Below are positions 1 through 14,177 of a stretch of DNA of 64,000 nucleotides, in pieces. The stretch comes from Phoronis australis (lineage: Eukaryota > Animalia > Phoronida). The notes under the pieces were generated by a model. That model ran no database searches and was not told the DNA's origin. It saw only the letters and a program-made list of their open reading frames with translations. How positions within the stretch are numbered: position 1 is the stretch's first letter; the number at the start of each line of letters is the position of its first letter. The stretch is taken from the NCBI GenBank assembly GCA_002633005.1, contig NMRA01000045.1, forward strand, positions 861,552 through 925,551, given 5' to 3'. The translations under genes were made by a program, and so were the position numbers.

Positions 1-1114
1 AATTTTGGGAACATTCAGTTCTTTGTATTTCGGGGTATATGCCAGGCGGTGAAACTCGGGTAAGTTATGAGAAGATGGCTTATGATTTTCTTGTAATCTG
101 TAGTTGATAAAGGAAAGCAATATTATAGTACTACTGCAACAAACAGCAGAAATAAAATTTTGTTTAACTAAATTTGCCAATAAAAATAAAGATTAAGAAA
201 AATATTAATAATAATTAACCTAAGACCTTGACATTTTCACTCAACCCAATTTAATTGGCTGTTACTCAGCTTCGGCAAATCGGCTGAATTTGAACTTAGG
301 AACACGAGTTCTTGAAAACGGCTCAGTGGATTTCGCTGAAACTTTCCAAACATAATATTTATTCATCAACCTCAAAAAACGCTGTGAGGATTTTCGATAT
401 AAAGAACTAGCACTTGCAAAGTGTAACAAAGACGAATAGGACTTCTAATTTTTACAAAAATTCCTTACATTTTGCGACTTGACTTATAGAATCCAAAAGA
501 AAGGACTAATCGAAAATTCCTAACAGTGTTTTTGAGGTAACTGGTGAAGTTTTCATCTAAGAAAGGTTTCATTAAAATCTACCAAGGGTTATTTTCCTAT
601 GAATGTACTTTTCTTATAAATGAAATTTTGATTTAAAAAAGGTGCTAACGTAACAATAATAATAACAATAATAATAATGGTACATGAATACAAAATATAT
701 TTTTATATTCCCTGATCTTTTTTTTCAGAAAATATATACTTTTACTACTTGACAAAGCTTAGTTTTTTGATGTACAAGTTAGAATGGAGGACATTAAATC
801 ATGTTTGAAATATGATCTTTAAAAAGAAAATTTCAATCTCCTTTTTCTCGCCAATAGAATAAAGAAAGAGAGCCTGCAAGTTTTATGCAAAAGTTTTTTG
901 TGGAATTTACGGTAATCTCCATGAAAATTTGAGTTTTTTTAGAAAAAATGTAGTCATGTGAATATAACCACATGGGCAATACAAGATTCTGTGATCAAGT
1001 ATTTTTAATATAAACAGTTCAATCTATGGCCCTACTATTATTACTTAAGAAAAGTTACTGACAAAATTTGATGCTTGCTAACGAAGTTAGCCTTTTACTT
1101 AAGTCAATATTTAC

Positions 1115-1333
1115 CTATTGTGTGAATCAATATGTCTAGATGAATCCCGTGTGGTTGTTGTGGATGGGTAGCCTTTAAGACTGTCTTGTGATTGGCCTGC
1201 ACTGTTCAAACGGATGGGTTTGAAAACAGTTTCTGATTGGCCAATAGTTGTCAAGTTGGTTTCCGATTGGCTGACTGTGCTGTCATAATCCTGATTATCC
1301 TCTAAATCTGCCTCCAGATCAGTCTGAGATGGG
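1115..1333 (-). CDS. PAWR: Par-4 internal exon (PSQTDLEADLEDNQDYDSTVSQSETNLT...DSHN)
   Basis: Acceptor tattgcag| and donor AATAG|GTAAAT bound a 219-nt phase 2-2 open frame with an acidic/Ser-Thr-rich peptide. Same strand as, and downstream of, the other PAWR exons. The C-terminal leucine-zipper exons are not in the window. Confidence 0.72.
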
Positions 1334-1925
1334 CTGCAATACATACATGGCAAGCATAAATAGGGTTTCCCTTGCGCCATTGATCACCAAATATGTCAGA
1401 GTTCTCCTTACATGAAATCAAACATGGCAATGCAACATGTTTGAAAAGATCTGCACCATGTTTGGGGAATCAGGTATAACCAACAGCCCGTGTGTGAATT
1501 CCGTACGTGTTTAAATTGGCAGGAGATAACCCATAAGAATGAAATGGTGAATATAAAGTACTCAGGCTTAAATAATACATGTTAAGAGGCATGCAATACC
1601 AGGATTAAAGATGTCACTTTGTGTTGAGAGTTTCCGCAACACAAAACTTACTGTGCCCAATGACCGTTAAGTCAGGCTAAATTGCCGCAGAGTGACCCAA
1701 ATAAGTGAGGGACAAAATATTATTACTACAAATAATTTTGGGTGTGCGAGATTAGGTGAGTGTGCGCAATAACGTGATGCACGAACTGGCACCATGTTTT
1801 GATTTTTGCAAACGGAGAACCCTGTATGCATACAGTTAAAATGTAGACAGGAGGGCTGCCTTTTGGGACGCACCACAGATGCTTGGATCACACAGCTGGG
1901 CTCTATGCATTGATCGCCTGATGAG

Positions 1926-2373
1926 AGCTATTTTTACACGGGGAAACAGTTGTCACAATGTGAGTTGTCACGGAGCAACTTGTTCTACTTAAGTCGCATT
2001 TACACGACATCAGATCAAAAGCTGAATCAGCACGTCATTTTTACATGAAGACTATCTGTCCATGCTCGCATAAACAATAGCAAAGGCGTAAACCCCGTAG
2101 AATGCCAGTTGATCACCTGTGTATATATGCTACTGCCAAACTTAAAAGAGATCATTCCTTCCTACTTGGCCCACTTTGTGTTAAGACATGTAGTTGACAC
2201 TGGAGCAATTGAATGAGTGCAACTTGCTCTACCTCTCAAACCAGAGTCAAAAGTGGCCGCCACAGTGTCAACTTGCTCCGTGTCAGTTGTGTTTACACAG
2301 TGACACATTTGCAACCGATCAGCTGTTCTGTGTAAGTTGCTCCGTAACAACTGTCTCCCATGTAAACACAACT
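1926..2373. mobile_element. Degenerate MITE with terminal inverted repeats
   Basis: Left end agctatttttacacggggaaacagttgtcac...cacggagcaact matches the reverse complement of the right end (agttgtgtttacatgggagacagttgttacggagcaact). Confidence 0.55.
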
Positions 2374-4688
2374 CATAGACTCATCGAGGACACCTCAGTG
2401 CACTGATCCTATTGGGTGGAATGTTTCAATCTGCCTGTTTTGCTCACAGACAGGAATTTGGAAAGACTACTCAACCCAATAATTTGGTGATTTCATCTAC
2501 AGGTTTGGGGAAACAAACATACGCTTAAAGGATGATTTACTGTGATTTCACGCAACAACAGAACATTAGAAATTTTTTGACTATTTCACTTAAAAATACG
2601 AATTCCCAGTGAGAAGTTAGGTTAAAATCATTTTTGACCCAAGAAATACTATATTAGCCAAAAGCGATGAAACTGAATTTGGTTTGTTTAATTACCAGAA
2701 CTTCAATTGGGATGATAGTGTTCTCCTTATTGTATTGACCATTAGTGATAAATATTTGGCGTGCAAGCTGCAATGACGGACAAAAGAAAGGGCGAACACT
2801 AAACAACACTGATATCTGGAGTTGGAAACCACTGTCGTCTGGAGTTGAAACTAAACAAGAGATATTTGTAATGAACTAGGAATCAGAAAAATGTATGTAT
2901 TTCTTCCTACGCATACTTGATGAATTACAGGACTAATCAATTAACAAAAGTAAACTCTGTTCACGAGAACAGTGTGAAGCAAGTTAGTTGAGGGAGATCT
3001 CAATACTACAACTCACGGGTACATGGAATTACTTTAACTTAGAGTCACACTTTTAATAAAAAATGTAGAGTAGTTATTGACCAAATGTGTCCAAATAATT
3101 CCACAGGCGTCCTCAGCTTCTGATCGTCCCCAATACACTATATATACTACAAGGTATGACACTCAGGACAAGGAATTCCACGGGTGCTTCACTTCTGCTG
3201 TCCATATCAAACACAAAACTCAATAAATTTACACAAAACAGGACTTCAACAAACCATTAGCAATTGTTCTTTCTTCTAATACCATTCACAGTGTCCTGCT
3301 CCAGCGAGTTTGCAAAAAAATTGCGGTCAAAGTACAAAATTGTTCCCAAAAAGCCCATGCGTACGTCCTCCTTCGACGGTTCAAGGTCAAGGACGGTACG
3401 GAATTATCCGAAGAGTTACAAATGGACGGCAATTGCTGGTTCATCACGGAAGGTTCCGAAATAGTCAGGCTAAGTGTGGAGTTACCGATGTCGTGACTTT
3501 CCGTAACTCATAAGATAATTAACTTAAGTTTAACATTTGTCTTGACTGAGTCAATTTTCTTGGAAAGGGTCCCTGATTGTTGTTGGGACATGGAGCACCA
3601 AAATAAATCTGAACAAAATATTATTGCTTAACACTTTGTGTTGGTTGTGGCCGAGAATTCCAAAGAGATCACGCAGCTACAAATCAACTTCTAATTCACC
3701 CTTAGTCATGACTCAGTGACAAACCTTTTATTTCTTGATCTTGAACCATATTGCTTCTTTAAGTTGTTCTGTAATAAATGTCAACATTGAAAATTAAGTC
3801 ATAGTAAAATATCATATTACACCTTGACAGTGTAATCACCCATTACAACTTTTTTAGTTTTAAAGGAGTGATCACAGTCATTCGCTGCCCAACTCATATT
3901 TCTCCCGAATTGTTGAAATATGGTATCATTATCTGATACTTCCATCCTCTGATTGGCTAAAATGTGGTATGATAACTTTCGCTAGGTGCTAGGCAATAAT
4001 GTCCAAAGCTAGCCATGGCATATCACTTTTCATTCAGGTCATCTGGACATCAGACGCCACTATTCACGAACTGACAAATGCGGCAGCTGAAACCAGAACC
4101 CCTGACAACAAAGCGTGCAGATGATGTCAGTAAAAAAAGTGCAGGTGGCCTGATGCCTTTTGCGGTAAATCAGGCGCGTTTAGGCCACAAGGCCGGGCCC
4201 ATTACACTAGTCACCTGATTATGTCAGTACATCAAAGCGCGTAAGAATAAGCTACTTTAATAAAAGACGAAATAATCAGAGGAAAAGCATCAGTGGGCGG
4301 CGTATAATGAAATAATATGGACCAATCCCCCGGGCATATCGGACCTTATGGACAATAGGAGAGCAATAGTCTCTGTTGGGGGTCCATGTGACCTGGTATC
4401 ACCTTCAGGTTTGGTCCATAGATGTATTATCTTTAATTATCATTATGTGACAGCTAATTTTCTCACAAACGTAAACTTATGGTATTTTTTGCAAATCCAA
4501 GCATTGTTGAAGGCAAGAACTTGTGTTATGACTCGTACGCAGAGACTGCTGTATTCGTTTTGTAAAAATTGTCCACAAATTTATCTTTTTTCATTTTCAT
4601 CATGTTACGAAATTAAATTCAGATGTGCTGTTCATTTCTGATCTAGTAAGGTAACATCTCACACAAGCTGGACGAAAATAATTGCAAA

Positions 4689-4918
4689 AATTGCAATACT
4701 GTATCATACTATAGGTGGCATTCAACTGTTGCAGAATTGCAATACTGTATCAAACTACAGGTGGCATTTAACTGTTGCAGAATTGCAATACTGTATCATA
4801 CTATAGGTGGCATTTAACTGTTGCAGAATTGCAATACTGTATCATACTATAGGTGGCATTTAACTGTTGCAGAATTGCAATACTGTATCATACTATAGGT
4901 GGTATTTAACTGTTGCAG
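4689..4918. repeat. Minisatellite, 46-bp unit x5
   Basis: Unit aattgcaatactgtatcatactataggtggcatttaactgttgcag repeated five times with few mismatches. Confidence 0.95.
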
Positions 4919-5961
4919 AATAAGAGAACAGAGGTGTCTGCAGTAGGATCGATGCAATCTGAGGTTTGTATGAGGTGATAAACAGTATGAATGCACGTTG
5001 AGTGAGCACCAAATGTCTACTTTATAACACCAGGTGGCAGAACACACACATCTCTGCACAGCTAATTACAGACTGCCTCAATTAATTATCATGTAACTAG
5101 ACATCCATGTGGTCTGCGCTAGAGAGGTCATTGCCTCAGACAACCTACTCTGTTCCTGACACACACACAGACACCAGTGAGATTTCAAGGATTGTGAATA
5201 TATTTATATACATTTTCTGAAGTAAAAGTGAAAATTGAACTCCATAAAGAAAACCATCATCATCAACTCTTACTGTTTAAATGAGGTATCGACATTTTCT
5301 GAAGGGCGCAATTTTATTAGAAATAAGTCAAGTATTTGATATATTATCACTCACAAGTAATCAGACGACAAAAAAGCGAATGATTGATTGCGGTAAAACC
5401 TCACCAATGTAGGACACAACATGGCCGACAAGTGAAATTTAATTTCCCTATTTTTCATGAAAGATACAGCCCACGCCAAAAGTTCTCCACCATGATGGCT
5501 GGGCGGAAGCTGAGTTCATGGTCAGAGTTGCCATCTATCGTAACTGAGAATAAAAGGGATTAACCGTTATCACAGGGAATGGTTTTTTGGTCTGAGTTTT
5601 GCCTTGTACTGTATGGAGCACTAAATTAATGGTTTTCCATGTTCAATTTTTGCACTATAGCTACAATGTGACAATGTTTAAGAAATTATGGACATTTGCA
5701 AAATCTAAAAAAGAGGGCAAATCCCATCATGCACACAGTGCCACCCATGTACAATCAATACAATCTTACCCCACGACCAAGAAGAGCTGGAGTGTGAAGT
5801 ACGACAATCGAAAGATTTCGACGGCCATGAAGACTGTAGCCTCGAGTTTTTCACTGTGCCTGATGTTCTCAACAACATGCATTCTTGTAGGTGAACCAAC
5901 CTTACTCATAGCTATTGTCATTTGTCAGTTCTAGAAAAATCCAAGTAAACTATGAACCTAC

Positions 5962-6063
5962 CTCTATGGGGTTCTGGGGACTGTCGTCATCCAATCCCGT
6001 TTCTGAATTTATTGACGTGTTCCTTTTGGTTTCCTCGTCCTCATCCAAGGAATCGCCAGTGCT
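5962..6063 (-). CDS. PAWR: Par-4 coding exon 2 (STGDSLDEDEETKRNTSINSETGLDDDSPQNPIE)
   Basis: Acceptor aattatttcag|, donor GAG|GTAGGT, 102 nt, phase 0-0. Joins exon 1 in frame and resembles the acidic segment that follows RRSTGVV in vertebrate Par-4 (CLDEYEDDE...QNTIQNE). Confidence 0.8.
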
Positions 6064-6347
6064 CTGAAATAATTATTAAAGATGTTATCAACTAGAGGTA
6101 CTTGTGAAGATGACTTTATTCAAATCACGCTATGATGAGTATCAATTACTGGCCACTCATAGGATACAACTATCCTGTTCCCTATATACCATAACACACA
6201 TCATAAACATGTTCATTTTTGTTGCTAAGCTCCTTTTGACTGAGGACTGGGGAACAGAGTTGACTGCAATGATAGCCCACCTGGCACTGTCACACCTTGC
6301 TTGAGCGAGTAATAAATAGCAAAATTAGTCTTAACAAACTCAATACA

Positions 6348-6582
6348 CCTGCCGCAAACTCCTGGGTCATGCCCATGCCCAGGTAACCGTCCATATCGAC
6401 TTTTTGTCAATTTTTGCTTTAAGCGCCCACTGCTTGGGTAATCACCCATCCCCTATTTTGTGCAAATTTCTACGTAAGCACCCACCTCTCGGGTAATAGC
6501 CCACCTCTCGGGTAATAGCCCACCCCTGTTTCAAGGTTTCCCAATTTAAGCACCCAAAGCGTTAACCCGGGAGTTTACAGTA
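6348..6582. mobile_element. Small MITE (possibly Tc1/mariner-like) with an internal tandem repeat
   Basis: Left ctgccgcaaactcctgggt versus right acccgggagtttacagta form a degenerate inverted repeat. Internal cccacctctcgggtaatag occurs about 2.5 times at 6481-6525. Confidence 0.5.
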
Positions 6583-9500
6583 AATAATTTGGAGATACTT
6601 GAATTCGTGGGTACCACTTGAAGAACCTGACATTAAAATGCTGGCCAGCTTAAAGCAACAGTTTCGGTATTCAGTGCCCAATATGGCCGACAATTGAAAT
6701 TCTAATTTGCTAAATTTTTTCTCAAAAATAAAGATTATTTTTTTAATCTATTATTAACATGTTTTGTACAATGTAAATTTCATAAAACGACATTTGATAA
6801 AGCTGCATTAGTTTTCAGCAATGTTATCAGCCTTTGAAGAACTAAAAAGTGACGATTTTAGCAATTATTTTTGTGTGCAAAATGAGTGTAGAACTACCAT
6901 TGATAGTACTAAGGGCGTCATGAGAAATTCACTCCAGCAAATGTGCCTACCTACAGCTCTCAGACTGCGGTATCTGTGGTAACTTCAGGGGTTAAAATTG
7001 ATTACTAAGCTTTATTAACACCTGAACTCAGATGCTGTGTGTCTAGTGCACCAGCTGATCCCAGACCATATGATATATATTTCCAGACCATAAAATTAAG
7101 TTGTTATAACGTAGCTATAAACCTGTTTTTATCAAAAAAGTAACTTAGACTGCTTACAGTTACCAAGTCAATATGAAATGGTTCCTCACTTAAGATAAGA
7201 GGTGATTTATGTATTTGGAAAAAACTGACGTCCATTGATTACTGCTTGAGTTCAGTTTGGACAAAAACACACGCGTACCAATAATTCAGAGTGCTGAGTG
7301 TAGTCGTTAAACAAGTAAAAATGAACAAGTTAGGTACTTGGCCTTATTTCAGGGAAGACATGCCAATCTATAAACACTTGAATAAAACTGATCACCAGGT
7401 GATGCAAATCAATTGAGTAATTAAATTTCTGAGCATTTAGTCCAATGCGTACAAAACTATAAAATTTCAGCTCAAGGAACTGCCCATAAGCAGCTCAGGT
7501 ATGCCTCAGGTGTAAAACTTTGTTTCTAACTGATTCTAAAGGATCTGAGATGCAAACTATTGACTAAGTGGCAATGACAGGCGCATAATGGCTGTCTAAG
7601 ACCAATTATGAAATGTAATCAAACCAAAATAAAGACAAATAATGTCCAGTTGTCAAATTGAGGTTTCTGTGCCCGGTTGCACGAAGCAATACCAAATAGG
7701 TACTTGGCTAACATCCCTAAATCTACTGCGTACTCGGTAGACTTGTGAAAACACTGGTTCTTCTTTCGTAAACTGTTTTAGTTTCATTGATCATAAAATT
7801 TTTGGCTTTGATACAAATGAAGAGGGAACTCTACGTTGAATTCTCAATATTATTGAAAATAAGTAGGGATCTTTTCATGCAACGCCTCTAATTTAAGGAC
7901 TAAGTCCACATTCATTTTCATTGAACTAAGGGGCTCAGTTTTTTGTTATATTTTCTAGAAAACGTCATTATGCAATGAGGAGCTCAGAATAAAGATCATA
8001 TACAATGACAGGAAAAGGTTAGATCTATGAGTAAAGAATGACACAAACACACGGAAGATTTAGGGAACTTAGCTGAGTCCCTATTTGGTAATGTTTCATG
8101 CAACCGGGCACTGATTTCTTGTCTTTCGTACGTAAGGAAGTAACGAAGCATAAAAGTGAACAGGCCCAGTGTTGAATCGTTCAGTTTAGACTCCATTGAT
8201 TACAACATGTGTAACCGACATAGCTTGATACCAAATGAATGAAGTATTATTTCACAGGATGGTCATGAATTTGTTTCCGTTAAAAAGTACACCTCTTCAG
8301 TTAGGTGTATCACACTTTGGCAATAAACATTTCACAATACACAAATGTCCCAATACTTTAAGTGGAAAGTAGACCACTTAGTAATGGTATGGGAGTTTGG
8401 GGCATTTCGGGAGCTAAAATTCACACGGGATGCACATGCGGATCATGAAGACCCAAGTGCTTTCAAGGAAGTCTAGATTACATAATTTGGGAATAGACAT
8501 GGATCATAAACATGCAAGGTGAGGGGAGGGGCAGGGGGAGAGATTGCCCCCCCCAAATTAAGGAAACTTCAGGTAAAAGAAGAACAAATTCGAGCAACAG
8601 AGCTTTATAAAAATACAGGAAAGACATACCCATAAGGGGAGGGGTAAAATTGGTGGTGATGGGTGGCAGGGTCACCATGACTACATTTGGGCAAAACTAT
8701 GTCCTCTAGCTGGATACGCCTCTGATACTGCATTAAAACTATGTAAGACTCTAAGAAGCAAAAAAACTTTATTTTATTTTCAAAAGAATCAAATCAGTAA
8801 GAACCTGACCGGGTCTAGTCTATACTAGAAACTCACTCCAGAATAGTGTAAGGATTGTGCAGTGGCTTCAAGTAAACATACCAACTAGAACTCAATCATG
8901 CAACAGAACTGATTAAGATTGAGTTTGGAGATTAGGCCCATGACCCAGATCAGACTGAATTACGAATCTAATTTAATTTTTGTATATGGCTTAGTTATCA
9001 AGATGAAAATTGGATTATATAGGATTACCAGAAGAATTACATACTCAAGCAACACACCAGGGGGTAAACAAAGTTTTTCCAAGCGGTGGAAAAAGACAAA
9101 ACAAATAAAAACATCAGGAAAATTGTATGTCTTAGGTCTTATCTAAACTGCAAAGCTGACATGTAGACAGAATGACATGGAGAAGATATTGCTACTGCTC
9201 TGATCATTTGTCTAGATACTGAACAGAAGGGCTTTGGCATAGCCTCAACAATGTCATACATCCCGTATGTACTGGGAAATTTGCACCCATCACAAACAAA
9301 ATAGGGAAATTGCTGAAAAAATTTTTAAACTCTAAAAACAAGAGCATCAGGGATCAGAAAGAGACAAACAACATCTTTACATCTGTCAAGTTTACTTTTC
9401 AACAAATTTTCCCACCTTGGTTGTCAACACTTCAGAGGTTTAATACACTCAGACAACAAAAGGATAAAAAAACTCAGGGAAAAAATAGGCAACATCATGA

Positions 9501-11254
9501 TATTAACATTATGTATAGTCCACTTCAAAACTGTGGCCTATTGAATGATTCACAATTTGATACCGTAACTGGAGCTAGGCAAAGGGGATTAAAGCTCACT
9601 AAGATCGCTGATGTTTGCCATACCAGGAATACCAGTCGGATTTTCATAAGAAAGCTAGTGGCCACTAAAAAGTTAATCCCAAGATGGCAATTTATATCGG
9701 AAATGCACTGTTGACAGGTGTGTGTATGATTTTAACAACTCACTTGTGTTCAGTCGTCTCATCTGACATTTAAAATTCAATCAATTATTAGAAAAGGTGA
9801 AAATAAAAAGGATTGGTGTATTTCTTTCTTCCAAAGCAATAATTATAATTTGAGCCATTTCTACGAGGCATTCACCCTAACCGTGACTGTTAAAGTAATG
9901 GCTGCTTACATGGGTAAAAGATTTTACGAAACCAATTTTGACGGCTGTTATTCATAGAAGAAAACCGGTTCACAAAATGAGGGACAAATGCGAGTGACTG
10001 TTACATGCTGGTATATCAAAGTTATTATCATCACCATACATTATTTTTACAGGACAATTTTGATTTTGTCCACCTATCATACTGCTAACAATTGACAAAA
10101 ATGGTTGAAGAAGTTTTACTTTATTTGGTCAAAATTTCTTCTCCAACCATTCAAAGAAGTAACTAACCACGTGAGTTCACTGATCTGATATGCTTGCTAA
10201 AATATATTCAAAATTCTAAGAGGATCTGAAAAGAGGTGACTGTAAAGGTGTAGAATTTCTATTTATATTTCATTGATTCGTTTATTTCCATGTACAATAT
10301 CCACTGGCAGTACTAAATAGTAATTACGTCACAAGAGTGTGAAAAGTTCTCATGATCCTAACACAGGACTATTTGTTCAACCTCAGTAAAAACTATTCAA
10401 AGCCTTTGATTGAGTTCTCGAAGACGACTGGCATTATTTTCTCAAAAAGCTTTCTCATTATTTACTGAAGAGATAGCCTGAAAGATGTAGTCATATAAAT
10501 CTATTTGTACATACATTCCTTGTGTAAATGTCACAAAGCAGTGGAGCGGTTAACAAACAGTGACAAGAAATTATTTTCTCATGGCTACAAAAAGATACAA
10601 ACCCTAATGTGAAGGGGGTATTGACCAGTGTGAATTCACTTTTGCTCAGATTGAATGGAATACAGAAGAAGTTGTACTGGTTAACTTTAACATAGAGTCA
10701 CTCAATCTTCACAATGCCCGAAAAACAAGTCATGTTTTTTATTTTGTTTAGCCACAGAACTCTAGCCCAGGAATTCCAACTTCTGCAGTAACCTAATGTA
10801 TTCTATTATTAGAGCTTGAGACCTCAAGACTAGCCACGAGAGTTTGCACTGAGAATTTCTGACTGCCTTTTCCAGTGAGTTTTGATCGACAGTTGTAGTT
10901 ATCAAATCAAGCCTAATTTTATTGCTTCATTTTCATTTTGTTATTATTGTTCATCAAGCAAGATTCTTGAGGTACGGTTTCATACAATCAGCCATTTCTC
11001 GGCAAAATTAGTCTACTAACACGACAATCAAACTAGTTAACCTTTAGTAAACCCCACCCTCTGTGGATGCCGGGAGCAGTTTAGCCTCCGATATCTTTTC
11101 AGCTTCAGTCATAAAACCACTTTCGACAACTTATTGTACAACTTACTACATGGCAACAGTTTTTCCACAAGACACTTTTGGGTGCTAAAATCATGTTACA
11201 GTATCTTATGGAAAGAAGTTAATTTTGGATAGGCTATAAAAACAGGTGTGTTTA

Positions 11255-11754
11255 GAGGCCTTTCATACTGACTTAACTCCGGTCTGAGCGGAGCCTCGAC
11301 GTAAACTGCCAAGTTAACTAAACTGTTCAGACTGACTTCGGTAGTTAACGGATATCGAAGTAAATGGCAGGTGATGCAATAAATGCAAGGTAGCGCTGCA
11401 TGCTAAGAATTTTTTAAATGTGACAATTTGGGATCATTTCCATGTGCTAATTGACATCAAACTTATTTTTAATTCGATTTGTGATTATTCAAGCAAAACA
11501 TAGAAACTATTAGTGACTAAACTATCCTTTAATTGTTGACAATAATAGTGGAACCTGGCGGCTGGCGATAACTTCAATGGTACCGAAGTTGACCATTCAT
11601 ACTGCACCGCAGCATCGATGCTCTGCTATTAAATTCACATGTTTAGTGCGAAGTTAAGTGGCACAGTTAACTTCGATCCAGAACCAAAGTTAATCATTCA
11701 TACTGACCGCAACTCCCCAAAGCATCAAGCATCAACGTTAATATGAAAGGCCCT
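11255..11754. mobile_element. PIF/Harbinger-like MITE, family B, copy 1
   Basis: Ends aggcctttcatact ... atatgaaaggccct. Internal sequence is shared with the copy at 29257-29745. Confidence 0.75.
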
Positions 11755-11797
11755 GATGTAACTGTCCAAAAATTACACATAATTGCTTAGCTAAGCA

Positions 11798-11835
11798 TGT
11801 GTGTGTGGGGGGGTGGGTGGGTGTGTGGGGGTGTG

Positions 11836-11867
<32 letters not shown>

Positions 11868-11868
11868 G
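11798..11868. repeat. Interrupted (TG)n microsatellite
   Basis: TG dinucleotide run with G-rich interruptions, read directly. Confidence 0.9.
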
Positions 11869-12290
11869 GTTATTTTCAATTGTTTCTATAATAATTCATT
11901 TGTGCAATGTTTACCTGTTGTCCATATGCCGTTTTTGTTAATTCGATTTCTGAGAAGTGGGTCTAGTGTTATCTGTGGTATTTATCTTTAAGTGAAATAC
12001 AATTGTACAAAATGAAAAGTTTAACTTGTAAAAGACCCAATCCAGTGCTTCGTGTTGCTGACAGCGTACAGTGTATTTGCCAATTGCTTCGCTCTTGGCG
12101 ATCAGTTCCACTTTTTTGATTTTTTCTGCATTCCAGGCCTAGAGTTCTATGCTTTAGCATTATAAACTGTGGTTACTTTCAACGGATGCTCACAGTTGTA
12201 CAATAAGACTACGGATGTCTCATCACCTGCGCGAGACAGGCTGGGCTAAAGCAACATTTTCAGGTCATACAATTACGCAATCCAAGTACT

Positions 12291-12754
12291 CAAGGTACCT
12301 AAACTACACAGTCAACGGACTCATAAACATGGGCACGGACGCATGAACACGACTCACTGAAGTGCAAACACTGTCCACTGACTCAAAAACACGGGAACGG
12401 ACTCACAAAACATGATCCACACACCCAAATACACGGACTAATATTCACGAGGAAACACAGTTAACGGACCACCAAACACGGGTCACGGACTCATCAGCTT
12501 TCTGGGTCAGCTGACATCTTCATTTTGTACGTAAACCGTGTTTGGCCGTCTGTAAACCGTGTTCGGCGGTTCGTTAACCATGTTTCCTCATGAATATGAG
12601 TCTGTGTCCCGTGTATTTGAGTGCGTGGATCGTGTTTTGTGAGTCCGTTCCTGTGTTTGTGAGTCAGTGGACGGTGTTTGCAGATCCATGAGTCGTGTTC
12701 ATGCATCCGTGCCCGTGTTTATGAGTCCGTTGACCGTGTAGTTTAGGTACCTTG
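12291..12754. mobile_element. Fold-back/palindromic non-autonomous element with ~190-bp inverted arms
   Basis: caaggtacctaaactacac... is inverted at ...gtgtagtttaggtaccttg. Arms are built of cacggactcacaaa-like subrepeats. A decayed relative lies at about 17720-18100. Confidence 0.88.
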
Positions 12755-14177
12755 GAACTGTAAGACAAGATTATAATGCTTCTAATCCCAGGTGTGACTT
12801 CAGCATTCTGCCACCAGATTGGCACATTAGCTCCTATGTGCTATGCTGCTAGCATTACAAACTACTGGAAGTGTTTTAGCAGTAGAATTTTTTAAATTAG
12901 ATTTACATCGAAAAGACCTTTTGATAAAAAACTGCATTGCTTACATGCATTTGAACCCTTCATACAAAACAGCTTGGGTTTGGGTATGATGGCGAGTTTC
13001 CCTTTGCAAAATACTACCATTCAGAAAGATCACTATGAACAAAGAAAAGCACTTTTTCATTGGACAGCTTGACATCAGACACCTTAAATCGTAGAAAATG
13101 AACTACTGGCTGACAGTGCAACTTCCCACAGCTTTCTCATTACAGCCATTACCAGTGAGGGGGTGGTACGATCAATGGGGCATAATTAATTCATGATGTG
13201 AGTCCGCCCACCTTCGATTACATGCTAAAAGGTAAAAAATGTGTAATCGCTACAAATGGTCGAAAGTAGACATGTGGAAACAGCTCTAAACTAAAATACA
13301 ACTGTGAAACGGTGGTTAAGTGATCTGCCAACTTTCCGTATTGAAAAATTCATACATTCTAGAGAAACTGTTACCTCAAATGTCAGCTCCATTCCTCTGT
13401 CAAAAATATCTAAAAATCACGCGAAGTTTTCATCAGGGCCAAAAATTCCCATTCGATAATCAAAAAATCTGCTCAAGTTTAGAATCACTTTTGTAAAACA
13501 TGGCTTGAAAGAGGGTCGTCGACTATGGTGGTGGAACTTGTGGTGACTGGAGAGGGAGGTTACCTTCAATCAAAAAATGGCACAGGCACCTTTCCCTTCA
13601 AGTGAGCGAGGGCCCAGACAAGTTGTTGCTAAAATTGTCTCTTGAAATGTTTCTAATATTTTTGTCAATGTCCCCAACTTTTTACATGTCATGTGGTGAT
13701 AGCATTGTTTGCTCAAGGATGAGTTTTTGCGTCACATGACATAATAATGCAAAAGAAGGTGTTTATTGAGTTTGCGAGTTCGTGACTGCGCACAGTGATC
13801 AGTATCTTTTCTTGGTAATTTTTCCGTAATTTCCATGGATAAAATGTACCATCAGATTCGTTCTTTTTTCCCATGTGTGACATCATACTTAATATTCTGT
13901 GTTATCGTAATTGATTTCTGAATCTCAAGAACTTGAAATGTACATCATTCTGAAAGGCGAGTCCACTGGACCACAGTGTTTGGAAGTGTAGAACGAACAC
14001 TGGTAGTTATAGCACAGAAATTGAATTTGTTAGCATGTTTATTTGGGGTCATTGATCAATTGTACTGGTGCCCAATGTTGATACCTAATCCAAATTTGAG
14101 AGATCAAAAGCAGCGTAATACACACCCAACCTACCATCAAATTCACTAACTTTTAGATCACTTGCTGTAGAAAATTT

